This document shows, in pieces, positions 14,325 through 29,588 of a stretch of 64,000 bases of DNA. This DNA comes from Eledone cirrhosa (taxonomy: Eukaryota): assembly GCA_964016885.1 (NCBI GenBank), contig OZ024742.1, positions 316,882,001 through 316,946,000 on the forward strand, in the 5' to 3' direction. The notes beneath the pieces were generated by a model. That model was not told where the DNA came from and did not search any database. It saw only the letters and a list, made by a program, of their open reading frames with translations. Positions within the stretch are counted from its first letter, which is position 1. Each line of letters opens with the position of its first letter. Position numbers and translations under genes: made by a program.

Positions 14325-14913
14325 GATGTGTATGGTTATAGGAACAGGAAGGACAACCGTACGAACGCGCATGCGCAGAAACTCGGTCACTTCACACAGG
14401 CAATACTAGACTGCGTAAGGGAGATAACTGCGAAAGTCCGGAAAGTTTTTGGGTTGAAAATAAAATTAAAAAATTAAAACTAAAATTACAAAGAATCAGT
14501 CCGGAGCCTTGTAGTTATGCAATAGATGTTTGGTGACGTGTGGACAACGTGTGAAAAGTTCACCTCTCGTGTTTAGGCAATCACTATTGCGTAATCACTT
14601 TAGAGACGTAAATATATACATAACTAAAGAGATTACGCAATAGTGATTGCCTAAACACGAGAAGTTAATTTTTCACACGTTGTCCACACGTCACCAAACA
14701 TCTATTGCATAACTACAAGGTTACGGACTGATTCTTTGTAATTTAATTTTTAATTTTTTTATTTTATTTTCAACCAAAAAACTTTCCGGACTTTCGCAGT
14801 TATCTTCCTTACACCCCCCGCAAGCAGTCTAGTATTGCCTGTGTGAAGTGACCGAGTTTCTGCGCATGCGCCTTCGTACGGTTGTCCTTCTTGCTCCTAT
14901 AACCATACACATC

Positions 14914-14953
14914 CCGAGCTGAAGATCCGCGAAGGTGAAACAATTGTTCTCGG
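14914..14953 (+). ncRNA. Minimal type I hammerhead (mirror copy)
   Basis: Identical motif on the + strand. Confidence 0.85.
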
Positions 14954-14981
14954 TATGGTGAATTAACTGTTGTGTAACCAC

Positions 14982-15242
<261 letters not shown>

Positions 15243-15446
15243 ATAAATATAACGAAGGAAATGTGGTAAGGAACCAGGTGGACCATAACGCACCAAAGTA
15301 CTCAATACTTAGGATAGTAGAGTGTGTAATAGGAACGAGTAGGACCCCGACGGCTGAGCTCAAGCCGTTTCGACGGCTAATTCTGGACTCAATCCAGAAT
15401 TAGCCGCCGAAACGGCTTGTGCTCAGCCGTTGGGGTCCTACTCGTT

Positions 15447-15539
<93 letters not shown>

Positions 15540-15583
15540 TAATTCAAAATATTAACAAAATAGATATTCTTGTGATCAATTAT

Positions 15584-15648
15584 ATTTTATTATACATATT
15601 TCAGAGGTACTGAGTTAAGTTCAACAGTGCGTCCTCATCAGATGAAAT
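15584..15648 (-). ncRNA. Type I hammerhead (family G)
   Basis: ATTTCAT-CTGATGA-GGACGCACTG..CAGTACCTCT-GAAA-TATGTA-TA-ATAAAAT. Homologous to 34388-34452 and 35673-35737. Confidence 0.7.
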
Positions 15649-15865
15649 AAAATGATACATGACATACCCTGACATGGTATTTAGATTCAATCTACATTGA
15701 TTGAATCTAATAATGTATAATAAAATATAATTGATCACAAGAATATCTATTTTGTTAATATTTTGAATTAATATTAATAACTCTGGAAAACATTTTACAG
15801 TTGAGTGCTTCCAATCTATTGTAAAACTCATTCTTTGATGTATTCATTGAACCTTGTTTAACTCT

Positions 15866-15929
<64 letters not shown>

Positions 15930-16391
15930 GTTTTGCCGAGAAAATATTATGTATTTTGAGAAGTAGACCTGGTAACTATTTTATCAATCAGTGAAAGATG
16001 AATCCCAATTAGATTAGAGATTTTAAATCAAGAATAGAAGAAGCTCTGATATCTATTAGTGTCGTATCGCATATATAATCTGTTACACCACCCTTCGTAC
16101 ATGCTTTAACAATCAGGTTTGATTAATCAAATAGTTGATCAACGTCATCGATCTCATGTCATAAACTCATTCTTTCCTATATATGTGTGGTGCTTTATTT
16201 TCTCAAGTAGATGTAGCAGTATGTCTTTTTAAATCAGATGAGATAAAAACAAAGCACTGAGGGCTGGGAAATAAATCGAATCGCAGACTGATTTGCCAAA
16301 AACGTAATAATACAATATAATGATAGCGAAACTTATTGACACTTATTTTAAATAATCTAAAGAAAAAATCTAATTCGGAGATTTTTTCTAT

Positions 16392-16393
<2 letters not shown>

Positions 16394-16481
<88 letters not shown>
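16394..16481. repeat. (GT)n microsatellite
   Basis: Perfect run. Confidence 0.95.
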
Positions 16482-16483
<2 letters not shown>

Positions 16484-16760
16484 GATTTGGCGTGCAGATT
16501 CCACTGTTCATGATTGCGTTATCGAATCCTTTTCATAAATAAAAGGTGTCTTCTGGTGGCTTCTATTTACTATAAGGTAACGCAATCCAAACTTAAATCA
16601 GTGGTATTTAAACATAGTTACGTTACTGGCGAATTTGTATTGATTAAGATCCAGTTTTTATTTGTTGTGAAGTGATTAAGACAAAGTACCGGTGTTTACA
16701 CTATCAATCGGAGAGAAAGCAGTAGACCCCGCATGGTCTGGCTCCATTATATATGTTCCT

Positions 16761-16945
16761 CAGCGGCAGATTGCCAGTATCGGTAGAGCGTCAGACACCA
16801 TGCTTTACAGGATAGAGTTATGGCCCTTTAGGTTCTGAGTTCAAATCCCGCCGAGGGTAACATTGATTTCATCCTTACAGGGTCTATGGAATAGAGCACC
16901 AGTAATACACTGGAGTAATTGCTGGCCTTGTGCCAAAAATAGAAA
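16761..16945 (+). mobile_element. tRNA-derived SINE with 17 bp target-site duplication
   Basis: A-box-like CAGTATCGGTAGAGCG, B-box GAGTTCAAATCCC, central TTTCATCCTTAC.GGGTC domain. TSD CCATTATATATGTTCCT at 16744 and 16946. Confidence 0.85.
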
Positions 16946-18069
16946 CCATTATATATGTTCCTGGTAACCTGATTTCGTCTTGAACATAGGTGGGTAGGAT
17001 GTCATGTCTCACATGGTTGAGGCTGTTCTAGTAAAATGCCTTCCTCTATTTAATATATTCTATCAAGATTGACAACACTGTATTATACCGTGAATGTACA
17101 TAATGAATGGTGAGCGTTTATCTAACTTGAAATACTAAACTTATTATTAAGATATCGATAATAGTATTATTTTTTCCTTGGAGATTTCCAAAACACCATA
17201 GCCACTCGTCACAGGATTTCCGATACTCATATACCCAGATAGCTTGGCAGTAATAGTTGAATATTTAGCCCTCGAGCATTGTTACTAAGGGATTGTTGAT
17301 AGATAAACCCTTTTGTTACAACCTTTTAAAGATTTCTATCTTTTCCAACTCACATACAATTCTTTGCACCAACAAATGGAGATTTTAGTTTACATCATTA
17401 TTATATTTCAAATAAAATTTAAATATATTCTTAGTCTTGTGTGTGACCGAAACCGTTACTAACAGAAGCACCGGCCTCTATACTCTTTATGGATTCTAAC
17501 TCCCTGGTCAGAGAAAGGACCATATGATTCTTATTTGACACCATTACGTAAAATATTAGGCTAAAGATTCCTAATGGCTGAAACACCAACGACAATTGCC
17601 ATACGTATATAACAGGGGACAGAATTAATAATTTTCTATTTTAAACCATGATTAATTTATTGAGTGACCTAAATATGTATGACGAATTTACTGTTTTAGT
17701 AAATATATTCTCAGTGTCCTAGTATTCCCCCAGCCAAATCTATCCATTCAATTTTCTATAATACGTAACCACATAGTTCACTGTACACATACATAATCAT
17801 AATAGTTTTACACATGATATGCAATTACTAATATATTAGACACCAACTCAAAGATATGCTCGAAAAGTTGCACACACTGTATTCATAACTATGGAGTCTC
17901 CCCCAAAATATATATGCACTTCAACAGCATTCTAATAAATATTGTATACATGTTGGGGTGACACCCTGTACATGCACTCAATCGTAATAAGATTCACAAG
18001 AACAAACATAAAACGAATAAATAAATATAAGCAACTGGCTTTATATACATATACTGTATTATTAACACA

Positions 18070-18757
18070 AAGAATGGTTTCTGATTTGTGCCTAAATCAG
18101 AAACCATTTTGGGAGGAGGGAAAACTCGATTAAATCGATCCCAGCACGTTACTGGTATATTATTTTATAGACTCTGTATGGAAGAAAGGCAAAGCCAACC
18201 TCGCCAGGATTTGAACTCAGAACGTATAAGGCTGTAACTATATATCGTAAATCCTGTTGTCTGATGCTCTACCAATACTGTCAATGTCACCCTATTATTA
18301 CAGCGAAATCGCCCTATTATTAACTCTAATAATGGTTTCTGATTTAGACACAAGATAAACAATTTTTATGGGGGGGGTCTATTAAATCGACACCAGTGCA
18401 TTATTGGTACTTTATTTTATCGACCCCGTAAGGATGAAAGGCAAAGCCAACCTCTGCAGGATTTGAACTCAGACCATAAAGGGCCGCAACTCTATGCTAC
18501 AAAGTATGGTGTCCGACAATCTACCAATACTGCCAATCCACCCCCCTAACATTAACTCAAATAATAATTGTTTCTACTTTTGGCACAAGGCCAGCAATTA
18601 TCCCAGTGTATTACTGGTATTTCATTTTATGGACCCTGTAAGGATGAAAGGCAAAGTTGACCTCGGCGGCATTTGAACTCAGATCATAAAGGGAAGTAAC
18701 TCTATGCTTCAAAACATGGCATCCGACCCTCTACTGATACTGCCAATCCACCGCCAA
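18070..18757 (-). mobile_element. Three tandem copies of the same tRNA-derived SINE
   Basis: Repeated G(A/G)TGAAAGGCAAAG....CCTC...GG.ATTTGAACTCAG at ~18185, ~18435 and ~18645. Confidence 0.85.
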
Positions 18758-19116
18758 TTAATAATAAAAGGCTGACAGATGTTATGATGTGTTTTCACAT
18801 AACTGAGCTGGAACAGATTATTAAGTGGAAGATGTGAATACATTCTTGACTTAAGAGAAAAATAAAACACAAACCTGTCTGGCTGTATCGAGAGGGATGA
18901 ACTTCTACTCAGTTACGAATTGGATTTCTGCAATAACGTAATCGATAATGTGATATACGCGAAGGCTGTATAGCTATATAAAACATCCTTAGGAATTATA
19001 TGCTGCCAGTAATATTACTTTACGTGAAATCTGGCTAAAGGTAAATATGTGGATATCTCTACGTATTCGTTCAACATGCTTGGCGTAGCAGAGAATTGCC
19101 TGTCAAATCATGATAC

Positions 19117-21340
19117 CTTCTTCTTCTTCTTCTTCTTCTTGTAATAAATCCGGCTGGATCACCAAGCGAGACCGGCTAAGCCCATAGAAGTTATTCAACC
19201 ATCTTACCCGTGTGTCTCCTGCCGGTTGGTTTTGCCCGTAAAAATACAGTGATTCTTTCTTGAAACATTCTAACAACATGCCAGTAGTATTGGAGCTATG
19301 ATCTCTTGATTCGGGGAAGTGGCGGCTCTATCTGGAGTGACACTCTGATCTCCGAGCTACATTCTCTATCGAGTAACGTACTCCGAAGGCGTTTCGGATG
19401 AATCCCATTTCGGCTGTTTGAATTCTCGATCATATTCCTTCGAGGTCTACAAAGAATGAATACACTTCTTTACAGTGCTCCCACGATTTCTCAAGATTCG
19501 TGATAAAATGTAAGGGTTTGAATTTTACACCTATTGTGATTACCCAATACTGAAGCTGGCGCATTACTTCACAAGCACTTGTACTTAATTCAGTCTCATG
19601 CCTTCCAGCACACGTTAAATTCTCCCCCCAGCTTCAGTGGAACTCCACTCATATGTAATTTTCAGGATATGTGTCTCACGCTTTGGAGCAATAATTTCCA
19701 TTCCAGCTCTGATGCACTCAGCCTCAAACCTATGAAGTGCATGTCGGAGATCCCCTTCTGATGTAATAGAATGTCGTCCTAGATATGTGAGTACACACTC
19801 TTAGTGGAGTCCGAATCCCATATTGAATGGTTTCGGTTTAACCACATTTATCCTGACAAAAATACTATAGACATCAAGAAAAGAAGAACTGAACATCGAT
19901 CCCATATTCCGGCAGAAGATTCCATTGCATGTACTGTGAAATACCGTCTGATGCTTTTTTGAGGTCTACAAGGAATGAATAAACTTCTTAGCAGTGCTCC
20001 CACGATTTCTCAAATACCTGCCACAGTCTGAATATGTTGGCCGGCTGTGCTGTGTCCGGGAAGAAAGCAACATTGTTAATTAGCTAGCTTTGACTAAATA
20101 AACTCTCTATATCTCATTGTCAGACACTTAGTATAGATTTTATCAGATCCCTTTATAATTAAGGCAATCTCTATCGTCTTCTTTTTCAAAAATTGGGAAT
20201 ACCACTCCCGATTGCCTTTCCAGATTCGGCCCGAATTTAATCATCTCTGGCAGCCTTGTCCCATCTGAGCCCTTTAATTGGTTTTGTGACCACAGTTTCC
20301 GGTAGAATAGTCATAGATCCGAGATGCTGTTGTTGTGATCGGGTTTAAGCAATGTAATCTCTCCACCTCGTGAGGATGCACTTCTCTGAAGAGAAGCGTA
20401 CACCGAACGCATTCTTTGCAGCAGATATGGAAGATGATTACTTATTGCGAAAATGCTGGGTGGTCTGCTAGAACACTTTATGTGTTGATCTGAAATAGGA
20501 TTTCATCTTAACCTCAAAGTCCTCCCATGTCTTAATTTGGATATCTTTACTGTCACTGAAGAGACTTTCCACGCCTGCTTCCACCGCAAGTACAAGAAGG
20601 AAGACTTATTTCCAATCCAAGATATGTAAGGTTCCTTCTTTGTTCGGATGGATTCGTTGACAGCTTGAAATGAATCAAAGGGTCCTACTTCCATCCGGCG
20701 CCACACCATGCTGCTTCCACCCACAGCATTTAAGAGTTGAAGCAGAAAATGCCGAGCGGAACAGGTTCCACTCCGTTTCAACGTCATCAGTTTGTTCAAG
20801 GTGTTTGTATACAAGAGTATCAGCATACCTCATCCTGACTTACTTATCTTTGCGCTGCAAGAAGATATTCATAATACAGAGCCCATTGCTAAAACAGAAG
20901 TCTCATAAAGCCTCTCCATTCCGATTTAGATCGCCATTCCTTCCAATCACTAATTTCCATGTCATGTGGTCAGTGCTTACATGTGCAATAACGTCTCCCA
21001 CTAGGATATATGACTCAGTCACCTAATCCAGCAGTGACTTTATCAAGGAAGGATCTGTATTTAGACTCCTTGTTTGGTGCATACACTTGCACCAGCCACA
21101 GTCTCCTATCTTCCAGTCTAAGCTTTAAGTTGCAAATCCTCCCTCCTAAAGGGATCATTCAGAACACATTCTGACAGCCGGGGGCTTGCAATTATCCCCA
21201 TTTCCGTTGTTGAGGAAACCCCGACAATAACTATCCGGTAGCATCTATCCTCCTCCACTAGACGCTATTCCTTACATATAAGGTTTGTGATATTCTAGGT
21301 CCAACGTTTACAGTTTTCTCCTTTCCGAACTTTCTTTGGG
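19117..21340 (-). mobile_element. Heavily degraded RTE-like LINE (APE endonuclease and RT remnants) with (GAA)n tail
   Basis: Minus strand has the QVYAPN endonuclease motif (~21080) and RT-like FVDLEKAYD remnants (~19440 and ~19960). Many stops and deletions. (CTT)n at 19117-19140. Confidence 0.65.
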
Positions 21341-22542
21341 TCTCGGGACACGCAATGATATGCTACCATTATACAAAATACGGAAGGTCGAATTGAATGA
21401 TGTAGTACTCTATAAAGTATATCTGAGTTAAAAACAAGAATAGGAATAGTCACTAATAGTTGTGATTAAACCTTTGGTGAATTTTTCATACAAGTAACTT
21501 AACTGAATTATCAAGTATCATATAAGTAACTATAATGAAATTAAATTAATTATCTAACACAACTCTATACAAAACGTAATACTTATACTAATCTATGCCG
21601 TATACCATATACATTATGATGAGTTCTACAGCATAACCATCTTCATGAGTATTGGATACTTTGCTCGATGTGTTTTATTTAATCATGTTCCATATTGTTA
21701 ACGATGTAGGCCAACCAAGATGGATTAGATTTTAGATTATGGGCATTTCAGTATTGATCATAAAATGTTTTCTTTTCCAAATATAGCATATCTGAAATGA
21801 TATCATACAAAGTGATGTTAGAGAGGTTTGCTGCTATTTCTAACAAGCCACTTTAATATATTTTCAACCGAAAGAGTGGTCAGGTATTCATTTTAACCTT
21901 TTATTTTCGTCAATTAATCGATACCTCCTTGTTTGTAAGCTTCAATATTAGTATCTCCATTCTTGTATGAGGTTCTATTTCTATTTCTTTTCCAATTAAT
22001 TCTCCTCAATCATTTTTGTGTTCTGGATATCAGAGGATAAGTATTTCTTTTGTATCTTCTCTCAAAACCTCTCATCCTACGGGATTTTGCCCAGTATAAT
22101 CATATTATTTCTCATAACTCATCTAATTCACTATTTGTTTCTATTATTTTATATATCTATTTATTTCGGTTTTAGTTCAGAAATATCTGATTCGATAGTA
22201 TTGTCAAAAAATATATTTTGTGTGTAGAATTATTTTTGATTATTTTGCCTTCATGATTTTTTTTTTTTAGCCTTTTATATTCTGTTATCATGAATGATGT
22301 TAAACCCTATTTCTGCAGTTAGCTGCCTAATCCTAGATTGGTCAATTATTAATTATTTATGTTTCATATTTTCAATTTTGCTTTTTATCCCTCAAGAATC
22401 AATTAAATCACTACCAATGGTGTATAAATCTAACATAGTTCACTCTAAATAGTTTTGCTTCATGTCAAATCGAAAGAAACAACTAAATTCACTATCTGTA
22501 TTTATTATTACATTTATTGATTAGTTTCTCATTTTCATCCCT

Positions 22543-22543
22543 A

Positions 22544-22636
<93 letters not shown>

Positions 22637-22676
22637 ACTACTGTTACCGTTGCTGCTGCTACTGCTGCTGCTGCTG

Positions 22677-22716
<40 letters not shown>

Positions 22717-22750
22717 GATGACTACTACTGCTGCTACTACTGTTGCTACA

Positions 22751-22789
<39 letters not shown>

Positions 22790-22823
22790 GCTGTTGTTGT
22801 TACTCCTACTACTACTACTGTTG

Positions 22824-22915
<92 letters not shown>

Positions 22916-23030
22916 GCTACTGCTGATGGTACTAGTACTACTGCTGCTGCTACTACTACTATTATTACTATTACTACTGTTACTGCTGTTACTACTATTA
23001 TTACTGTTACTGCTGCTTCTGCTGCTGCTG

Positions 23031-23113
<83 letters not shown>
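22543..23113. repeat. Compound (ACT)n/(GCT)n trinucleotide repeat
   Basis: Produces spurious poly-T/S/L/V ORFs in several frames. Confidence 0.95.
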
Positions 23114-23326
23114 GTTTAGTCTCGTTTGAATTATAACTATTATTGCCAATATGTTTAGAACAACATGATCGTTAGGATGTAATATTAAATGGTTTGCCAC
23201 ATTTAGCTGTGTTTTTACTTCTGACTTTAAATGTATTTTATGTCTCGAAAATAGATCGAATAGGCCTATCAGTATTTTAGAAAATAGCATATATTTTCAC
23301 TAGCTCTGACAGTTGGCAGATCAAGT

Positions 23327-23376
23327 GAGCTGTACTGATGAAGGGTGATACCAAGAAACATTAGTGTCTGCAGTTC
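23327..23376 (+). ncRNA. Type I hammerhead
   Basis: GAGCTGTA-CTGATGA-AGGGTGATACCAA-GAAA-CATTAGTG-TC-TGCAGTTC. Helix I 8 bp, GUC site, weak helix II. A decayed relative lies at ~50250-50400. Confidence 0.7.
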
Positions 23377-23500
23377 TGTTTACATGCCAACACAAGACCA
23401 AGAATAAGGGCTCATTCTACAGACAAGGCTTTAAAAATGAGGCTTGTTTGCATAATTGCAAACGAATCGAATGTTAATATTCGAAAAAGTCAGATTACAT

Positions 23501-23564
<64 letters not shown>

Positions 23565-24176
23565 TAAAAAAACGAAAAATCAGTGATGCATCTGGGCTCA
23601 GTTTATTGCGTGTTACAATTGTTTCGCCGGCAGGTAGCTCGAGACATGATCACTGTATTGATCTGGCTGCAGGTTCCTTCGGACAAGGGCAGTTCGTTCG
23701 GAGCAAATTTTCTCACTGGGGTGTTATCGTCAAAAGACACCTTCAAAAAAGATCTTCCTCTCTTGTCATGCCATTGTCTGTTGTTATTCTACGTCATCTT
23801 AAGTTTTGGTCACTATTTACTGCTACACGGGTCATCAGCCATTTTCCATCCGACACACTTCAATGGAGCCCTGCTGGGTTCGGTATCTCACACGTCTGTT
23901 CACACTCCAGAGTATGTACCCACATATATACACACACACATACACACAAACGCGCAGGCACACACACATGCATACACATATGTACGCATACATGTGTAGA
24001 CACACACACACATATATATATATATAGGATAAGAGTCAGGACATCGATGGCTGAGCTAGATCCGAACTAAAGTATTGAGTACTCTGGTGCGTTATGGTCC
24101 ATCTGGTTCATTACTACACTTTCTTTGTTATATATATATATATATGTCAGTGTGTTTGCGTGCATATATATTTGTA

Positions 24177-24307
<131 letters not shown>

Positions 24308-24309
24308 GC

Positions 24310-24350
<41 letters not shown>

Positions 24351-24390
24351 CGTGTGCGTACGTGCGTGTGTGTGCGTGCGTGTGTGTATA

Positions 24391-24510
24391 GGCGCGTGGC
24401 TGAGTGGTTAGAGAATTGGATTCGCAATCGTGAGGCTGTGAATTTGATTCCCCGACCGGACGATGCGTTATGTCCTTGGCAAAGAGACATTATTTCATGT
24501 TGCTCCTTCT
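24391..24510 (+). mobile_element. tRNA-derived CORE-type SINE, decayed
   Basis: GGCGCGTGGCTGAGTGGTTAG A box, TTTGATTCCC B-box remnant, TGTCCTTGGCAAAGAGACA core-like motif. Confidence 0.65.
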
Positions 24511-25418
24511 ACTTGGAGTCGCGACCGATAGATAGTATTAGCAATTTGAAAGACCAATGGAAACATCGTTCCCTCGGTCCGATCTGAGGAAAGTCGATCG
24601 ACTGTCGATATATATATCTATAACCCCATGTAAAAACAGATTGATATGAATTGGTGATACATCATATGAAAGAAATCTGTTGTAGGAAAATGTACGAAAT
24701 CTCAAAATACATCAGCATTACCATCATAACCTACTACTACTCAGTATCATCATTCCTTTTATCCAAATCTTTTTACATTTACTCCTGTAAGTCTAAAGTC
24801 TGTCTCAAACTAGTGGGATCATCAGGCCGGTGTATCGACAGAGAGTAGAATACCCCTTCCTGGACAGGACAAAACTCCCAGTGTTTTTTTGTCAAGAACA
24901 CAACACACAACCCAGCCCAGGTACCGAACCCGCCACAATAATTGCAAATACTCCTACACATTATTCTGTTTCATCTATTTTCCGCTGCTACTAACAAATT
25001 TGTCCTCTACAACAATGCCATGTTCTAAACAATTAATAAACATTAAACATCTGAAAAACTAAAATCAAAATTAAGTAAATATTTATGTAACAATTAGCGC
25101 CTGAATACATTTGGTATAATTAACTAGTCTGCTGAAGGGGAAACTTAATTAGCCCACATTAAATTATATTTCTGTATCTACGTTAGTGAATAAATACACG
25201 CACGCACATATATGTATGCGTGTGTATGTATATATGCTTGTCTCACACACTCTGTCTTCATATATATATATAAAATGTATGTTTGTGTGTGTATGTGAGT
25301 ATATATATATGTCTATACTTATGATATATATGTTTGTATATATGTGTTTATATATGAATACATACATACATACACACACACATATATAAATATATATATT
25401 TATCTATGTATCTCTCTG

Positions 25419-25510
<92 letters not shown>

Positions 25511-25542
25511 CATAATATAAATATATATAAATATATATATAA

Positions 25543-25584
<42 letters not shown>

Positions 25585-25627
25585 GTATATACATATGTAT
25601 ATATATATATTTATATATATATAATAG

Positions 25628-25672
<45 letters not shown>

Positions 25673-25789
25673 GTATATATAAAATTTCAGGTTATCAATA
25701 ATGTAGTGATAATATATCGTTACGTTAGAGATGAACAGCGTACGTGTAGGTTTGCTCAACGAGTATAAATTATATTCCGGAGAAAATGT

Positions 25790-26695
25790 AGAAAAGATTA
25801 ATATAAAATGAAAGTGCTTTTTTTAAAAAGGAATTTATTAGGTATTGATATATGTTTCTGTAACAGACGGAATACCTATGTATCGCTGCTTGCGTAATCA
25901 TATAATGTTAGCAAGTATTCGATAGCAAATATATAATCAGTTGTCACTTCTTCAGAGATTTTGGATAAATTGGATAAAATCAGAAAAATTGAAGTATTTA
26001 TATTAGTAATAGAGGAAGAAGAGAGGGGATGGTATATGACAGATGGTAATTCAATTTACTGCTAAACAAGTATATAAAGGGTTTCTAATGAGAATACCAT
26101 GAGTAAATGGTTCATTTTATCTAAATAAGAATTTTTGGGAGTGCCAATTTTAATCTCTACTTGACCAATTGGACAGTGGACGGCTGATCATTTGGTGTAG
26201 TAGTATTAATTATAAAGTGTCAATTGGGGAAGGGGGAGATTTCGATTGCTACTGAATAACATCAATGCTAGTAGCCAGCTGATATATGCATTAGGGAATT
26301 GAATTAAGAAATCAGAAATCTCATTTTATCTATAGCAGTTTATATTAAATGGTAAATAATAGAAGAGTTGATAGAATTAAGACTAACAGAGAATGTTAAT
26401 ATCTATTTTGACAATCAAACGGAGATAGAGACGGGCGTTCAATCCTGGTGGTATTTATAATATGAAAATGTAGATTTTAAGCGATGGTTACAGTATAACG
26501 TTCGCTCTATTCTGTTATTTAATAAAATGTTTTTGGATTTCATAATACAAAATAATTCTACATTACATAATTTACAAAATACTTGCTAACATTATATGAT
26601 TATGCAAGCAGCGATACATAGGTATTCCGTCTGTTACAGAAACATATGTCAATACCTAATAAATTCCTTTTTAAAAAAAGCACTTTCATTTTATA
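25790..26695. repeat. Element with ~120 bp inverted termini (25790-25920 / 26577-26695) between (AT)n tracts
   Basis: Reverse-complement arms containing GAAA-CATATG-TC. Confidence 0.75.
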
Positions 26696-26803
26696 TCCAT
26701 CTTTTCTATATGTATATATATATATATATATTTATACATATATATCTATATATATAATATATACATATATATATACATCTATAAATATAATAGTATATAT
26801 ATA

Positions 26804-26896
<93 letters not shown>

Positions 26897-27128
26897 ACAT
26901 ATATATGTATATATATATATGTATAAATATATATATATACATATAGATAAATGTACCAAAATGTACGGTAGTGTCCAATCCGTATGAAGAACTCAATGTA
27001 ATCCGAATATCATGAAAAGAGAAGATGTATTCAAAAAGTTTTTTCGGTGAAAAATAACGGAAAACAGAGTCAAGATAAATTAATAAAATAATGAATAAAC
27101 AAAGAAACAGTTCCTTATATTAAAAAAT

Positions 27129-27266
27129 TCATCATTTTACGATCGTTTCTATGATATATATGTTAGTGTTGGTATGCATATCCTATAGATCTATGTAAAA
27201 TTTTTACAAACTATCAGAGGGAATATACATATCTACACATATATATGCTGTCTTCAGAAATAATGA
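27129..27266 (-). ncRNA. Long-helix-II hammerhead (family L)
   Basis: Reverse complement of 30298-30435. Confidence 0.7.
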
Positions 27267-27968
27267 TATTTGTTTATTGAAAAAGACCAACTAAGATTTA
27301 ATACAATAGGTCTGTTTGGGAACAGGTTTTGAATTGACCAATAGAAAGATAGTGAAGGTCAAGATGGTAAAATAGTAGTAAAAGAACCTTTATTTATGGG
27401 TAGAGGAAGGTAGATTTCAGTTTTGGATGGAAAGAATATTATGAATGAAAGATTATTTTAGGGATGAAAATAGGTCATATGCTGACCTCAGAAATAATTA
27501 TATTTGTTCACTGAATAAAACCAACAAAGATTTAATATAGTAGGTCTGTTTGGAAACAGGTTTTGAATTGACCAATAGACAAGTAATAATTGGCCAAATG
27601 GTAAAATAGTAGTAATGGAAGTTTATTTTAGGGGTAGAAGAAGGCAGATTTCAGTTTTGAATGGAAGGAGTATGAAGAATGAAAAGGTTATTTTAAGGGC
27701 GAAAATAGGTCAGGTCGGTAAGAAGTACACGAAAAGTTGCTGTTATAAAAGAATAATGCCAATGTAAATATCTAAATTTTACGATAAAAGTGTTAGTGAA
27801 AAAAATATATATGGAATTTACATCTATGAAAAGAGTATAAATTAATTTAATTGATGGGTATATTTATATTGATAAAATTATATTAATGCATATAGATATG
27901 ATAAATAAGAGTTAGATGTAATTGAAGAGTGCTGTTAAAGACGAATGAAAATTAAAAAAATATAAAAA

Positions 27969-28049
<81 letters not shown>

Positions 28050-28355
28050 TTGGGGGAGGGGGAGTTAAATTTATTAGTGAGAAATAATAAATATATAGAG
28101 ATTTCAAGGAACATAGAATCATAACCTGAAATTAAAACATTATATATGTTTACTTAATGGTATCAATTTTAGGAAAAATTAGTTGTAAGAAGGAAAGTAA
28201 AATTATGTAGTTCATCAGTAGTAGAATATTAATTATAGGTTAACTAAATTAAAAAAAGTTTTTATTTTAATTTCTAAAATGTATATTAATTAGGTTTATA
28301 ATATTTAAAGGTTTTTCTCAGTTTATGATTACACCATATTATTAATTCCTGTCGC

Positions 28356-28537
28356 GGTGAGTTGGCAGTATCGGTAGAGTGTCGGACGCTATGCTTTCCA
28401 GCATAGTTACGTCCCTTTACGATCTGAGTTCAAATCCCGCCGAGCTTAACTTTGCCTTTCATCCTTACGGGGTCGATAAAATAAAGTACCAGTAATATAC
28501 TGGAATAATTGATGGCCTTGTACCAAAAGTAGAAACA
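28356..28537 (+). mobile_element. tRNA-derived SINE with 18 bp TSD, inserted in the PLE
   Basis: TSD ATTATTAATTCCTGTCGC at 28338 and 28538. A and B boxes present. Confidence 0.9.
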
Positions 28538-28544
28538 ATTATTA

Positions 28545-29010
28545 ATTCCTGTCGCTTATTTAATAGGATATCCTTAGATTTCATTATTTCAAAAAGTTCT
28601 TGGGAACACAATCTATATTCATATCTATTATTTTGATAAGGGGTGGCCCGTTTGAGCATACTCCAGGTCAGGTCATAATCTATATTCCTCTTTCTATAAT
28701 TATTAATTATTTCAGCTAGAGATGTTGTATTAGCTAATGCGGCATTTTAAAAACTATGTTTGAGGGTATTAAATCTTACTTTAAATTGGTTAGACGTAGC
28801 TCCTATATATGAATAAATTGAGTCCTTAGTGTTAACTTTACATTTATATACTATGTTATTAACAAGGCAATTTCCTTTTAATGGGCAGTTTGCTTTGTTT
28901 CTACAGTTACAACTTTTCGTGAATCCTGTATTAGAGGAGATATTATGGTTAGTTTGGTGTACTGGTGGTATACTCATGGTTTTTTTTACACTTATATGCA
29001 TTGTAGGCAC
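28545..29010 (-). pseudogene. PLE GIY-YIG endonuclease remnant
   Basis: CNCRNKANCPLKGNCL..NIVYKC...YSYIGAT...FKVRF and, after a stop, WSMLKRA...RLC..E....LLNKRQEL, typical of PLE linker plus GIY-YIG. Confidence 0.85.
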
Positions 29011-29523
29011 TTATATTTTGTCTTATGTTTTTGGTTGTTGAGTAGGAGAATTTAACCGTTGATCTATTTAAAATTTGATGGTATTTGTGGTTTGGCGAGA
29101 AGTTCTTCTCTAGGATATTAAAAGGCCACCCCTTATCAAAATAATAGATATGAATGTAGATTGTGTTCCCAAGAACTTTTTGAAATAATGAAATCTAAGG
29201 ATATCCTATTAAATAAGCGACAGGAATTAATAATATCGTGTAATCATCAACAGAGAAAAACCTTTAAATATTATAAACCTAATTAATATACATTTTAGAA
29301 ATTAATATAAAAAATTTTTTTTAATTTAGTTAACCTATAATTAATATTCTACTACTGATGAAGTACATAATTTTACTTTCCTTCTTACAACTATCTTTTC
29401 CTAAAATTGATACCATTAAGTAAACATATATAATGTTTTAATTTCAGGTTATGATTCTATGTTCCTTGAAATCTCTATATATTTATTATTTCTCACTAAT
29501 AAATTTAACTCCCCCCCCCCCAA

Positions 29524-29588
<65 letters not shown>

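Noticed and set aside
22492-23290. Poly-Thr (mucin-like), poly-Ser, poly-Leu and poly-Val ORFs
   Set aside because: A trinucleotide repeat open in several frames, with no flanking coding context or splice evidence.
24580-24625. CTGAGGA followed by an AGTC/GACT hairpin
   Set aside because: GAAA is replaced by GATA and there is no helix I.
25841-25962. Minus-strand CTGAAGA-AGTGACA...TGTTACA-GAAA-CATAT(A/G)-TC long-helix HHR candidate
   Set aside because: The core and the base of helix II fit, but no helix I complement is visible, so it is not called as a ribozyme.
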